Source: a virus
Lineage: Duplodnaviria; Caudoviricetes
DNA: 52,859 nt
Strand: one strand, 5' to 3'
IMG/VR virus record: IMGVR_UViG_3300027816_000137
Location: 1 to 52,859 of that record
Part shown: piece after piece, positions 20,571-29,731 of the stretch
How the letters are laid out: each line of letters opens with the position of its first letter
Position numbering within the stretch: the stretch's first letter is position 1
The notes under the pieces: generated by a model
The model's database searches: none
The model's input: the letters and a program-made list of their open reading frames with translations, nothing else
What the model was told of the DNA's origin: nothing
Translations under genes and position numbers: made by a program

Positions 20571-20583
20571 TTTTGTATTTATC

Positions 20584-20796
20584 TCACAGCTTTTTGTCTC
20601 TATTTTTTAATTGTTCTCTGTACCATTTAGCGCCATCCAAATATCCTTGCACATAAGGGTCAACAGAATCGTAGCTTATGGAACTATCTATTTCTTCATC
20701 TGATATTTCAGCTTTATTTTGTTGCTCTTTCCATTTTTGATGCCTTTCAATAACCTGTGCTTGTCTTTCGTATTCATTCCATTGTGCTGGTGTCAT
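20584..20796 (-). CDS. Hypothetical protein
   Basis: EISDEEI...GAKWYREQLK pattern common in small Bacteroidota phage ORFs. Confidence 0.6.
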   Translation of the reverse strand: MTPAQWNEYERQAQVIERHQKWKEQQNKAEISDEEIDSSISYDSVDPYVQGYLDGAKWYREQLKNRDKKL

Positions 20797-20943
20797 ATTT
20801 TATTTTTTATGTTTTTAAATATAACCGACTAAATTTTATCTATTTATCGGAAAGTTTCCGAAGTTAAGTGTATTTTTATCCATAAAGTAGTGGTTATTGT
20901 CAGTTATTTTCCATTATATGCTTTTCAGTATAATACTTCACCT

Positions 20944-21717
20944 ATTCAACCATATTGGCAGATATTAGGCATTGCGCAAATAAGATAGTTATGTACAATT
21001 TAATTTTTAAAAAATTCCGCCCCACTGTACCGCAAAAGCATTAGCAGTACCTTCAAAAGTTTTAGACGCTAATCCGCTTCTTTCTTTGTGTGGTTTGGTT
21101 CTAATATCGTACATCCACTTTTCCATGCGTTTCACTGCGCCAGTCTTTTTATCAATCCATGTGTGGTATTCCATTTTAGGCTTTTGGTTAATTTGTGGTA
21201 CTAATTTGGGTAGTCCTTTCAGCCACAAACAAGTGCTTTTACTCGCTAAATCCCCAAAATGCCAAGGCTGTATAATTTGGTCAGGTTTTCTCCAAACCGT
21301 ACTCATTACCCCTATTGGATTTTCAATCGCTATCCTTTTGCATTTTGCGTTTGCTATTGCCATGAAAAAATTGATAGCATCTTCTTTTAATTTAATATCT
21401 TTTATCCCCTTTGAAAATGCCCATTGTCCGCTTGATGATAAATGAGTGCATGGTGGATGTGCAATTATTAAATCCCACCCTTTATTTATTACCTCAAAAA
21501 TATCGCACTGATAATGCCATTCAGGGTGTCCACCGCTACAAGGCAATAAATCACATGAAAACGCTTCGTGTCCTAATTTTCTAAATGCTTTTGTTGTTGC
21601 CTGACTTTCTTCACAGGCTATTAAAATTCTTGCCATCTATATTTTTTAAAAATTAAACTGATATATAACAGCATATTGGCGGCATTAAAACGACTGCCAA
21701 TCTGCCAACCGTTACCT
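20944..21717 (-). mobile_element. Integron-cassette-like unit with attC-like sites
   Basis: AAC...GTT-bounded elements at 20944-20994 and 21663-21717, both containing CATATTGGC, flank a single promoterless gene. Confidence 0.45.
21007..21636 (-). CDS. DNA cytosine-C5 methyltransferase (short phage type)
   Basis: ILIACEESQ, CDLLPCSGGHPEWH, catalytic AHPPC, ENP and KSTCLWL motifs. Confidence 0.8.
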   Translation of the reverse strand: MARILIACEESQATTKAFRKLGHEAFSCDLLPCSGGHPEWHYQCDIFEVINKGWDLIIAHPPCTHLSSSGQWAFSKGIKDIKLKEDAINFFMAIANAKCKRIAIENPIGVMSTVWRKPDQIIQPWHFGDLASKSTCLWLKGLPKLVPQINQKPKMEYHTWIDKKTGAVKRMEKWMYDIRTKPHKERSGLASKTFEGTANAFAVQWGGIF

Positions 21718-21836
21718 GCTATTTTACTTTATATGCTTTTCAGTATAATACTTTACAGTATAATTACTTTATATCTTTTTGAATATAACCGACTGAATTA
21801 GTTTATATTTTATCACGTAGAAGTACTTTTAGTACT

Positions 21837-22253
21837 TCAATCAGCATAGATATAAACCTCAAGTATATCATCTGACTTTGGTGCTAACCTTCTGTAGCTT
21901 GACTTTATCTTACCTATGAACTTGACGTTATCGTCCGGCACTATCCCATTACCTTTTATCAAGTCCAACAGCACCTTTAACCAGTACCCTGCTTTGTTGT
22001 CTAGGTCAAACGTATGCTTTGCAGAGTGGTAAACTATTTCTATGCTCAACGGATAGTTACTTGGATTAACCTGTTTTAAATTAGGCTTTAATTCGCTGAG
22101 AAGATATAGTTTACTCCACTCCACAAGTTTCTTTCTGACAGCCCAGTGAACACCACCATAAAACAAATTGTTCGTCAGGTAGTAAGATTTACTGCCAACA
22201 GTCATCTTGCTAGGCACATCAGGGTAATAAGCGTATAATAGTATTTCAGACAT
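21837..22253 (-). CDS. RusA-like Holliday junction resolvase
   Basis: FDLDNK...LLDLI...IVPDDN catalytic Asp pattern. Confidence 0.7.
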   Translation of the reverse strand: MSEILLYAYYPDVPSKMTVGSKSYYLTNNLFYGGVHWAVRKKLVEWSKLYLLSELKPNLKQVNPSNYPLSIEIVYHSAKHTFDLDNKAGYWLKVLLDLIKGNGIVPDDNVKFIGKIKSSYRRLAPKSDDILEVYIYAD

Positions 22254-22608
22254 TTATAAGTGCGCTAAATGGTATTAGTATTAGTTTCGATGTCATATTA
22301 TCACCTCCAAGAGAATACCCTTTTGACTTATAGTACTTCCTAGATAACTCTTTAAGTCGCATAGTTTCAACAATTATGGTGCATTTGTTTGGAATATGAA
22401 ACACCCAGTGGTCTGCCTTAGTAACAGCTATGCCGGAAGGCTTACCTCTTGACTCGAACTCAACGGCTATATTCCCTGTGTTCTTAGTCATAAAGTCTGT
22501 CTTTACCTCTACCTTCTCGCACAACAGCATTTCTTTTACGCTATTCTCTCCCGATACCCCTGTTGCCAAGTCTAGGTCAAAGTCGCTTTTAAAATTCATT
22601 TTCTGCAA
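22246..22608 (-). CDS. PD-(D/E)XK-like nuclease
   Basis: EVKTD...TGNIAVEFESRGKPSGI..TKADHW. Confidence 0.65.
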   Translation of the reverse strand: MQKMNFKSDFDLDLATGVSGENSVKEMLLCEKVEVKTDFMTKNTGNIAVEFESRGKPSGIAVTKADHWVFHIPNKCTIIVETMRLKELSRKYYKSKGYSLGGDNMTSKLILIPFSALINV

Positions 22609-22870
22609 GTATTTTGTAGTAATAGTATTCAGCGTCGAATGACTTTTTATTCATTATTTCTTTTTCTATTTTACTTGTAAGGCGAGCCGATGACTCAGGT
22701 GCATACATCATACCTGTTAGGTGGTTACAGAAGCCTTCTATCTCCCAATTGGTTACTGTCTCATCACCTACCATATCAGGCTTTTGTATGGATATGTTTA
22801 CGCTATACACAGCATCGTCCATCTTGATTACCTGCACTAACCTTACAAAATCAGGTAGTCTCTTTGCCAT
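22589..22870 (-). CDS. Hypothetical protein
   Basis: Packed operon ORF. Confidence 0.55.
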   Translation of the reverse strand: MAKRLPDFVRLVQVIKMDDAVYSVNISIQKPDMVGDETVTNWEIEGFCNHLTGMMYAPESSARLTSKIEKEIMNKKSFDAEYYYYKILAENEF

Positions 22871-22872
22871 AG

Positions 22873-23070
22873 TTACTGAGTTGAAGTTACATAAACAGGA
22901 ACTATGCTTTCTCTAACGTACTCTGATAATGTGATGTCTTTATCCTTGCAAGTGGATACTATTTTACTATACTCTTCTGTAGTTACTCTTACCGATATGG
23001 TTACAACAGATTTCTTTTGTGATGTACCTAATCGTTGTCTTGGGTCTTTTCTTTTCTTTCTGATTTTCAT
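22873..23070 (-). CDS. Ribbon-helix-helix DNA-binding protein
   Basis: ISVRVTTEEY...ITLSEYVRE. Confidence 0.7.
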   Translation of the reverse strand: MKIRKKRKDPRQRLGTSQKKSVVTISVRVTTEEYSKIVSTCKDKDITLSEYVRESIVPVYVTSTQ

Positions 23071-23080
23071 ATTACCTGTT

Positions 23081-23482
23081 TTAGTAGTTAAGATTCTGAA
23101 CCTCTGTCTTTAAGTAGGACAGAGTTGAGCGTATGCTTTCTATTTGATAATGGGACTCTTTAATCATCCCTTCTAGCGCCTTTGGGAATATGTTTATAAG
23201 CCCTACAGCATCCCTTACCAGGGCATCGAACTTCTTTGCAGGCATAGCGTCGTGGTCTACCTTCCTCATTTCTATAGCTACTGCTCTGTCTACAAGGAAG
23301 TCCAAGGATGCCTTTAGTCTGCTAGCCCAAGCGTTATACCCATTTAATACTTTAAGCCTTTCTATTAGTAAGTGAGGGTTAGAGTAGTCCACCTCTTGTA
23401 ACATCATTTGGCGGTACTCCTCATACTCAGCCATACATTCTTGTAGTTTCTTATTGAATGTTTCGTTTTCGAATTTGTACAT
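23081..23482 (-). CDS. Helical hypothetical protein
   Basis: Packed ORF with a coiled-coil-like C-terminus (IRSTLSYLKTE). Confidence 0.55.
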   Translation of the reverse strand: MYKFENETFNKKLQECMAEYEEYRQMMLQEVDYSNPHLLIERLKVLNGYNAWASRLKASLDFLVDRAVAIEMRKVDHDAMPAKKFDALVRDAVGLINIFPKALEGMIKESHYQIESIRSTLSYLKTEVQNLNY

Positions 23483-23494
23483 AATCTGTTTTTA

Positions 23495-23701
23495 TTATGG
23501 TCTTGAATCTAATTTACCGCAGTCGTATCCATCTTTCTGCCCGGTATTATAAGCATCAGATAGTTTGTTCTCAAACAGAGAACATATCTCTTTTGCGATT
23601 TGCTCTAGCTTATCGTTATCTATTGCGATATACCTTGGACTTCCAAATGTAATACTAATTTTGGAATGTTTTGTAATAATCTCTTTAATTTTTTCTTCCA
23701 T
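23495..23701 (-). CDS. Hypothetical protein
   Basis: Packed ORF. Confidence 0.5.
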   Translation of the reverse strand: MEEKIKEIITKHSKISITFGSPRYIAIDNDKLEQIAKEICSLFENKLSDAYNTGQKDGYDCGKLDSRP

Positions 23702-24131
23702 TGTTTTTTCTGTTTAAAAAGTGAAAAATAGATGAGTGGCATTGATACCCTAGATACCTTTTGACTACGGATAGTTTTGATGATGGATGTTTTTCCCATA
23801 GGGTAAGGCAGAAGTCTCTTCTTGCTTCTATGTATTCGCTTTTCCTTTTCTCTCCATTATGATAGCAAGAATTAGGGCTGTTTGCTTTTAGCTGCTCGAT
23901 AGTTATTTGATGTTTCTGACAGATGTAACTAGCTACGTTTTCAATGTCAGCTTTTGTAACAGGCTCAAGTTTAACGTGCTGCTTTACAATAACTTCCTTT
24001 ATTATCGTTACAGGTTTAATGGACTGCTCGAATTGAGTAAGAAGAAGCATTATCCTTTTTTCATCGTAACTTTTCCACTCGTAGTCGTTAAAGTAATCCT
24101 TTAGCTCTTTTAAAAACTCCTTCTTAGTCAT
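23685..24131 (-). CDS. DnaA domain-IV-like helix-turn-helix protein
   Basis: ITIEQLK...RKSEYIEARRDFCLTL...YLGYQCHSSIFH. Confidence 0.55.
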   Translation of the reverse strand: MTKKEFLKELKDYFNDYEWKSYDEKRIMLLLTQFEQSIKPVTIIKEVIVKQHVKLEPVTKADIENVASYICQKHQITIEQLKANSPNSCYHNGEKRKSEYIEARRDFCLTLWEKHPSSKLSVVKRYLGYQCHSSIFHFLNRKNNGRKN

Positions 24132-24134
24132 ATA

Positions 24135-25937
24135 TTAGTAATCGTATTTAGGCAGAAAATCTCTGCTGAATGGAAGACAACCTTGCTCATCTACAAATTC
24201 AACAGCACCCTGCATTTTAAGTAATATAGGTTCTCCTTTTGGTGTAGGCTGACCGCCAGTATCCTTGTTCCTTACCTTGTCTACGCTGACCTCTGTAAAC
24301 ATCCAACGCTGATTGTCTTTAATCTTACGATGGAAAACAATGAAGTTGTGTACTTTGTTGTACAAGGCTACACCTCCCTCCACCATAGTAGCGTGAGGCA
24401 TCTTCTGATTGCCATCATTATCAAGCATACGCTGAGATTCAGTATTGGTATGAGCGCTTAGGAACAGCGTCACTTTAGTCCTGCTTGTAAATGCAAGCAT
24501 ATCGCTGTATGCCTCATAGTCGTATTGATACTTACTCTTAGCCATTGTTACGTTGGCTTTCAGAGAGTTATATGGGTCGATAAACACCCCTTTCAAAGAC
24601 TTACGATGAAGCAGAGATTCAGCAAAACCTAGTAACTCCTTGTACTCATACGTTTTATCATTCGTTATGATATAGAAATGGTCGTTGATGAATGTTAGAG
24701 CATACCTGAGCCAATGTTCCGGCACTTCTTTTATCTTCCTTCCGGTAAGGTACTCAATCATCTTCATCTTTACAGATGAGGGATTATTCTCCCCTGTATA
24801 AATCATCCAATTCCATCCGTGGTTGACAGCAGATACGAGCATAAACCAAAGTATTGTAGTCGTCTTACCTACGTTTGAATGCGCTACAAAGGCATAGAAC
24901 TCAGCTTCTTTCAGAACGAAATACTTGTCAAGCTCTTCATATCCGAATCCCTTTCCACTTGCTATTAGTCCTTGACGGAACTGCCTGATATACAGTTCAT
25001 CAGCACCTGTATCACTAAGGAAGTTTAGGTCATTTTCAGCTGATTCGATGTAGTTTAGTGCTTCGTTATACGAGTTCTCTGTTTCGTGTATCGGGGCCAT
25101 CATCCCATAGGTGATGCCATCACGTATTGTCTGCTTAGCAGATTCAGAGCTGTCAAGGTTCCGCTTAGATACTTCGTGAAAAAGTAAAGCTTCAGCTATC
25201 TCTTTTTCTACCTTCCCGGCTGAAACGTAACCTCCCATAAGAACAGATGCCTTGAGTAGTACGTTATGTTTATCTCCATCAGGAGCAAGCCTAATCATCT
25301 TAGCCGCTACGTCAAGCTTCTTGTAGTCTGTAAGACCTGAGCCGATTAGGGGGGTGTATTCGGCTCTTTCTAACTCCGGCTCATCTTCTACGTCATAGAA
25401 GGTGCTGCTGTAAGGATTGATGTAAATATCAGGGTCATAAGAGGCGTACAATACTCTCGATTCATTCTTAGAGGTAGTATCTAGGATTTTATACCTTCGT
25501 ATGATAGCATTGTAGTGCCTTCTATGGTTTCTACCATCGCCTATCTTAATTAATCCGTGACATCCTGTTCCGCTTGGAGATTTCCACAGCGCGTGGATAA
25601 ACTGGTCTTGCTTCAGCCCTTCTATAACTTCTTCTATATTGTCTATGTCATCTATGTCTATGGGTACGTAACTGCTATGCTTTGTGAGGCATTCGTCTTT
25701 ACGGCAAGTATCAGCGCCTTTATCGTTTTTTAACTTTAAGGTGAACTCTCCTGCGTATAGGATACAAGGAAGTTCTGACTTAAGTTCATTTATTTTGGAT
25801 GCGTCTGTACAGCTTCTGACTTTCTCAACCTTATCTTTCCACCTGCCATCTTTGATATACGACAACACCACGTCTAATGGTTGCAGCACAGGGTTGCAAG
25901 TGTCGGTTATATTTTTAAACAACGTTACATTAGGCAT
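24135..25937 (-). CDS. Primase-helicase (BT4734/VirE-N-like primase plus SF4 DnaB-like helicase)
   Basis: LKSELP, PIDID and SPSGTGCHG in the N-half; Walker A AHSNVGKT, IDPYNSL, LSAH and DKVRNKDTGG in the C-half. Confidence 0.85.
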   Translation of the reverse strand: MPNVTLFKNITDTCNPVLQPLDVVLSYIKDGRWKDKVEKVRSCTDASKINELKSELPCILYAGEFTLKLKNDKGADTCRKDECLTKHSSYVPIDIDDIDNIEEVIEGLKQDQFIHALWKSPSGTGCHGLIKIGDGRNHRRHYNAIIRRYKILDTTSKNESRVLYASYDPDIYINPYSSTFYDVEDEPELERAEYTPLIGSGLTDYKKLDVAAKMIRLAPDGDKHNVLLKASVLMGGYVSAGKVEKEIAEALLFHEVSKRNLDSSESAKQTIRDGITYGMMAPIHETENSYNEALNYIESAENDLNFLSDTGADELYIRQFRQGLIASGKGFGYEELDKYFVLKEAEFYAFVAHSNVGKTTTILWFMLVSAVNHGWNWMIYTGENNPSSVKMKMIEYLTGRKIKEVPEHWLRYALTFINDHFYIITNDKTYEYKELLGFAESLLHRKSLKGVFIDPYNSLKANVTMAKSKYQYDYEAYSDMLAFTSRTKVTLFLSAHTNTESQRMLDNDGNQKMPHATMVEGGVALYNKVHNFIVFHRKIKDNQRWMFTEVSVDKVRNKDTGGQPTPKGEPILLKMQGAVEFVDEQGCLPFSRDFLPKYDY

Positions 25938-25979
25938 AATCTACGCGTGAGAGTGAACAATTATTAATACAGATAGAAT

Positions 25980-26002
25980 AGCCCCCCGGAATGCGAGGGG
26001 CT
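25980..26002. terminator. Hairpin/terminator between SSB and primase-helicase
   Basis: AGCCCC/GGGGCT stem. Confidence 0.5.
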
Positions 26003-26031
26003 TTCTCGTTTGCTTATGTTTGATGTAACTA

Positions 26032-26313
26032 CTAGAAGGGGAGGTCGTCGTTAGAGGCCGGAGCTTTTTGAGGCTGAGGCTTCGAGTAAGACTTCTGAGC
26101 TGCTTGCTTACCATCGCCACCTGGAACCCAGCTATCGAATACAGCGTACATCTTATCTCCAGATTTAGTATCTTTAATCTCGATGTTTACCCATCCTTCT
26201 TTATTCTTCTTGGATTTTAAATCTTCAATGAAGGCATCTGCCTTGATGGAAATCTTAGTACCATATTTACCTTTCTTTACGAACAGGTTGTTTGCGTAAT
26301 CTACTTTGTTCAT
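26032..26313 (-). CDS. Single-stranded DNA-binding protein
   Basis: Small OB-like core, flexible linker and acidic DDLPF tail. Confidence 0.75.
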   Translation of the reverse strand: MNKVDYANNLFVKKGKYGTKISIKADAFIEDLKSKKNKEGWVNIEIKDTKSGDKMYAVFDSWVPGGDGKQAAQKSYSKPQPQKAPASNDDLPF

Positions 26314-26319
26314 TTTAGT

Positions 26320-26757
26320 TTATTTTAATGTTTGATAATATTCAATTAAGTCCATATAAATATCTACGGACTTCTTATCAGGGTACTTGCGATACAGATA
26401 ATTGTGAATCTTCCTTATAGCGTGGAGTATAGAAGTTCTGTTCTTTTGACCGTTCAATAGTTTGACAATACTCTCAATGTTTATCATTGATATAGATGTC
26501 ATCATATACCAGCACCAGTGCCTTGTCTCTACGTTTTTGCCGTTTCTTATATCGTTGTCAAGCGTTTCATATCCGACATTGAATACAGCGCAGCAAGCGT
26601 CTCTCCACTTGTTGTACTCTTGAACAACAAAGTCGTCATTCCTTGGCTTACGATATACAATGAAACCTTTTGATGTTAGTTGAGAAGTCCACTTGGTATC
26701 TGTCTTTGAATTGAGGTCGGACAGTATCTGTTCTATTAAAGCCCCTATTGGTGTCAT
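26320..26757 (-). CDS. DnaA domain-IV-like helix-turn-helix protein
   Basis: VFNVGYETL...RNGKNVETRHWCWYMM...NRTSILHAIRKI. Confidence 0.6.
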   Translation of the reverse strand: MTPIGALIEQILSDLNSKTDTKWTSQLTSKGFIVYRKPRNDDFVVQEYNKWRDACCAVFNVGYETLDNDIRNGKNVETRHWCWYMMTSISMINIESIVKLLNGQKNRTSILHAIRKIHNYLYRKYPDKKSVDIYMDLIEYYQTLK

Positions 26758-27137
26758 AAATCTGATTTAATCTGTTTCAATATACCTTCTTCGAAATGAA
26801 GCTCTAAGGTACAAAACTTATCGTTAATAACAGAATAAACTTTGTCAGGCAGCGGTTCTATAACTACCTTGTGGTCTGTATCCAGTATTAAATCTACGTT
26901 TTTCCCAACTACTCCTATAGATATAGTCATATCCCTGAAGACTAACCTGCCTACTTTATCTATGTAATAGAACAGACCTTCGCCCCCAAGGGCATCTGTA
27001 TAGAAGTCGTACTCTGTAAGCTTTGCATAGTTGCCTTCTTTGGTTATTAGCCTTAGGACATTTACAGGAAGGAATGATTTAGGAATCATTACCATGTCGT
27101 TAATTTCATTAGAATCAATGTCTTCTGAATCTTTCAT
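26754..27137 (-). CDS. Hypothetical protein
   Basis: Packed ORF. Confidence 0.55.
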   Translation of the reverse strand: MKDSEDIDSNEINDMVMIPKSFLPVNVLRLITKEGNYAKLTEYDFYTDALGGEGLFYYIDKVGRLVFRDMTISIGVVGKNVDLILDTDHKVVIEPLPDKVYSVINDKFCTLELHFEEGILKQIKSDL

Positions 27138-27267
27138 ACTTTGTTTTTAGTTTAGTGAATGTTTCTTTTATAAATACAATTAGTGTTACGGAGGTGAATG
27201 CGACTGCCCAAGCACATACATATATGACAGACATCATATTATATATGCTGACTAGTAACTTATTCAT
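27115..27267 (-). CDS. Small membrane protein, 50 aa, absent from the ORF track
   Basis: MNKLLVSIYNMMSVIYVCAWAVAFTSVTLIVFIKETF...; fills the gap and overlaps both neighbours. Confidence 0.4.
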   Translation of the reverse strand: MNKLLVSIYNMMSVIYVCAWAVAFTSVTLIVFIKETFTKLKTKYERFRRH

Positions 27268-28048
27268 CGTCTGATACTGACTTTTTAGCCCATCCTGGAA
27301 GGTCTAATGTCATCGGGTCTGAGCCTCCGTAAAACTCATATCCTGAATCAAATAAATCCATATCAAGACAATATGCGAAGTCTGTCATAGCCTTATAAAA
27401 TAGCTTCTTACCTTCTTCAATGTATGTGTCAGATGGTATGAATACCCTGCTTAGGTAGGGGTAAGATGTCTCAATGACTATGTACATAATGTTCTTGCCA
27501 TTCACCCAGTTGTAGATAGCAGCCTGAAGGTGGTACTTTAGGTTGTAGAAATCCCTCTGTATGTCTGAGTACTCGGCAGAAGATACTGTCTTCACTTCGA
27601 AGTTGTATTCAGCATTCATCCCATCAATGTAACCACATACAGGTAGCGCCTCATAGTTCTTGTCAAACCTAGTCTCCTTTGCGTCCATTGCTTGCACGTA
27701 CTTATAGTTAGTGCTGTTCATAAACTGAGTAACCATTTCCTTAGCCTTTAGGAATATGTTTGGCGGTACGGCTTGCAGGTTTCTTTGCGCTATTAGTTCT
27801 AGGAACTTCTGATAGTCTTCCTTGCCCTGATTAGTACGCTTGTTAAAGTCGGGTTCAACGATGTACTTGTCGTCAAATGTTTCGGGTTGTAGTATCAGAT
27901 TGTGTACGACAGAACCTAGCAGCATTGCATCTGTTTGCTTTCTATCTTGCGTCAGGTACTGTACGTAGTGCTGAGGCGACTTGATGAATTGCTTTACTGA
28001 GCTGAACGAAAGCGGACGTTCCTTTAATGTTTCAATTGTTACTTTCAT
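27260..28048 (-). CDS. RecE/exonuclease VIII-like PD-(D/E)XK exonuclease
   Basis: LSFSSVK, MLLGSVVH, GYID, EVKT and YHLQAAIY motifs. Confidence 0.85.
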   Translation of the reverse strand: MKVTIETLKERPLSFSSVKQFIKSPQHYVQYLTQDRKQTDAMLLGSVVHNLILQPETFDDKYIVEPDFNKRTNQGKEDYQKFLELIAQRNLQAVPPNIFLKAKEMVTQFMNSTNYKYVQAMDAKETRFDKNYEALPVCGYIDGMNAEYNFEVKTVSSAEYSDIQRDFYNLKYHLQAAIYNWVNGKNIMYIVIETSYPYLSRVFIPSDTYIEEGKKLFYKAMTDFAYCLDMDLFDSGYEFYGGSDPMTLDLPGWAKKSVSDDE

Positions 28049-28245
28049 TAATTTTCTTTTGGAAGGTTATCAATAGCTTGTAGGACTAGTGAGATTCTTT
28101 CTTCATCTGCTTCTGCGAAGGAAGGCATCTCTTTGGCTATTCTCTTAGCCATAATCTTTGCCTTCTCGTAGTTCGGAGATAAAGACATACAGAATAACAC
28201 AAGCCTTGCTGCTTTTTCTTGAGGGGTTATCATTTGAACGTTCAT
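28048..28245 (-). CDS. Hypothetical protein
   Basis: Packed ORF with a TPQEKA motif. Confidence 0.55.
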   Translation of the reverse strand: MNVQMITPQEKAARLVLFCMSLSPNYEKAKIMAKRIAKEMPSFAEADEERISLVLQAIDNLPKEN

Positions 28246-28442
28246 AGTGTGGGTACTGTTTTAAAGTAAAGTTCTATGTTAAAGTATTTGCTATCATCTT
28301 TTGCTTCGCACAGATGCTTTAGGTTTTTTGCGCAGTGCTGAACAACAGTTACTTTAATCCCAAGTTCTTTTGCTATGTCGACTTTTCTTTTGCCCTGCTT
28401 TAGCATATCAACTATCTCTTTTTTGTTTTCTTCTGTCAGCAT
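28242..28442 (-). CDS. Helix-turn-helix protein
   Basis: GKRKVDIAKELGIKVTVV. Confidence 0.65.
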   Translation of the reverse strand: MLTEENKKEIVDMLKQGKRKVDIAKELGIKVTVVQHCAKNLKHLCEAKDDSKYFNIELYFKTVPTL

Positions 28443-28445
28443 ATA

Positions 28446-29084
28446 CTATTTTTGAAATTGTTTAGAGAATGATTGCCGGAATGTAGCGTGTGTCTTAACG
28501 GAGTCAGGTAGTGTCTTTGCCCATTCGATAGCCTTTGCCTTGTCCTTAATAGCTGACAGCTCTTGCAATGCCGCTTGTAATGGATGCACACCGTTCACCA
28601 CGCCCTGCATATTGTTTATGTATTCTGTAACATCCCATATCTTGTTGCCTTTATCATCTGCCGGATATGGATACTGCTTACCATTGAACTCCTTTGAGCC
28701 TGCGCTAAGGTCAACGATGTCTAGGTCATACAGGAACCTGCCTACTCCGAAGTTTACAGCAGCACGCTTGAAGGCATCTGAGGCGGCTGACTTCTCTGCT
28801 TCGAAGTTGCCTTCTGAGCCTACATCTTGACGTTGTAATACAGAACCATCAGGCATGACTATACCGATAGAGCAATAGATACTTCCTTTCACGTCTTGGT
28901 AGGTCTTAGTCCATCCATAGGTACAGTACTTATCTAGCGCATCCATTGCCTGGCGTGCATCAATGTAGGCTACGCAGGTACACTTTGTGTTGCCCTTGTT
29001 GAATGATTGTACGCGCCATTGATATGGCATTGGTTTAGATAGGTTTTCCGTTAGCTCCTTAAGGAACTTTGCATTTTCTGTCAT
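28446..29084 (-). CDS. Sak/Rad52-family single-strand annealing protein
   Basis: AYIDARQAMDALD and EKSAASDAFKRAAVNFGVGRFLY motifs. Confidence 0.9.
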   Translation of the reverse strand: MTENAKFLKELTENLSKPMPYQWRVQSFNKGNTKCTCVAYIDARQAMDALDKYCTYGWTKTYQDVKGSIYCSIGIVMPDGSVLQRQDVGSEGNFEAEKSAASDAFKRAAVNFGVGRFLYDLDIVDLSAGSKEFNGKQYPYPADDKGNKIWDVTEYINNMQGVVNGVHPLQAALQELSAIKDKAKAIEWAKTLPDSVKTHATFRQSFSKQFQK

Positions 29085-29103
29085 AGTATATGTATTTGAT
29101 TGT

Positions 29104-29175
29104 TTTAAAAAAAGCCCCCTACTTCATTCTCGAAAACAACTTTACTAACTAGTTATTGTTAACAATTAGGGGGCT
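29104..29175 (-). terminator. Long-loop terminator-like hairpin
   Basis: AGCCCCCTA/TAGGGGGCT 9-bp stem, 45-nt loop, U-tract on the - strand. Confidence 0.5.
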
Positions 29176-29296
29176 ATGAGTTATTGATTACGCTCTTTTT
29201 TAATTATCCTTGATAGAAGAATCATTAGAAATATGTAGCCGCAAAATAGTAGGGAAATCATTGATAACATAGCTTTTGTTTTAGGTGAAACTATAT

Positions 29297-29328
29297 GCAA
29301 TATACTACAATAATATTTAGTATCCAAA
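29297..29328 (-). promoter_or_regulatory. Bacteroidota-type promoter TTTG-N20-TATATTGC
   Basis: -33 and near-consensus -7 boxes at canonical spacing, upstream of the recombination genes. Confidence 0.55.
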
Positions 29329-29336
29329 TTTATTTT

Positions 29337-29696
29337 TTAAAATGGCATCTTTGTCTTTGGTGGGTGATAGGAGCTATTTAGTATGTCTATAAACTCTCCG
29401 TCTGTTAGGTTGTGGTACTTGAAGAATATTTGGTCCCAGGTTTCGCTCCTGTTTGTATTTACTAGTACAGCTTGCACTTCACCTTCACCCCACGATGAAT
29501 CCTTGTATTCTTCGGGATTAGAGAACTCGTTAATCAGTTCAAAATCAAACAGTTTGTCTTTGACGTACTGCTCGATATACTCTTTTGACAGCCCTTTGAT
29601 ATAGTCATCGTGTCTCTTGCATACTGGTACGCTGAGTTGGTCACGAATGGCTTCGATGTGCCATACATTGTGGATAAGTTCTAATTTGCCTTGCAT
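29337..29696 (-). CDS. Hypothetical protein
   Basis: ORF with an A-rich leader. Confidence 0.55.
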   Translation of the reverse strand: MQGKLELIHNVWHIEAIRDQLSVPVCKRHDDYIKGLSKEYIEQYVKDKLFDFELINEFSNPEEYKDSSWGEGEVQAVLVNTNRSETWDQIFFKYHNLTDGEFIDILNSSYHPPKTKMPF

Positions 29697-29731
29697 AGTT
29701 TTTTTTTAATTGTTATTTAATATATTTGCTT

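Larger units (their letters stand above)
20914..21753. repeat. 25-bp perfect direct repeats flanking the methyltransferase cassette
   Basis: TTATATGCTTTTCAGTATAATACTT at 20914-20938 and 21729-21753. Confidence 0.9.

Noticed and set aside
20508-21838. CRISPR mini-array
   Set aside because: Repeats occur in only two copies, separated by hundreds of bases, with no regular repeat-spacer period.
29669-29677. Perfect DnaA box TGTGGATAA
   Set aside because: Single copy inside a CDS; about 0.4 copies are expected by chance in 53 kb.
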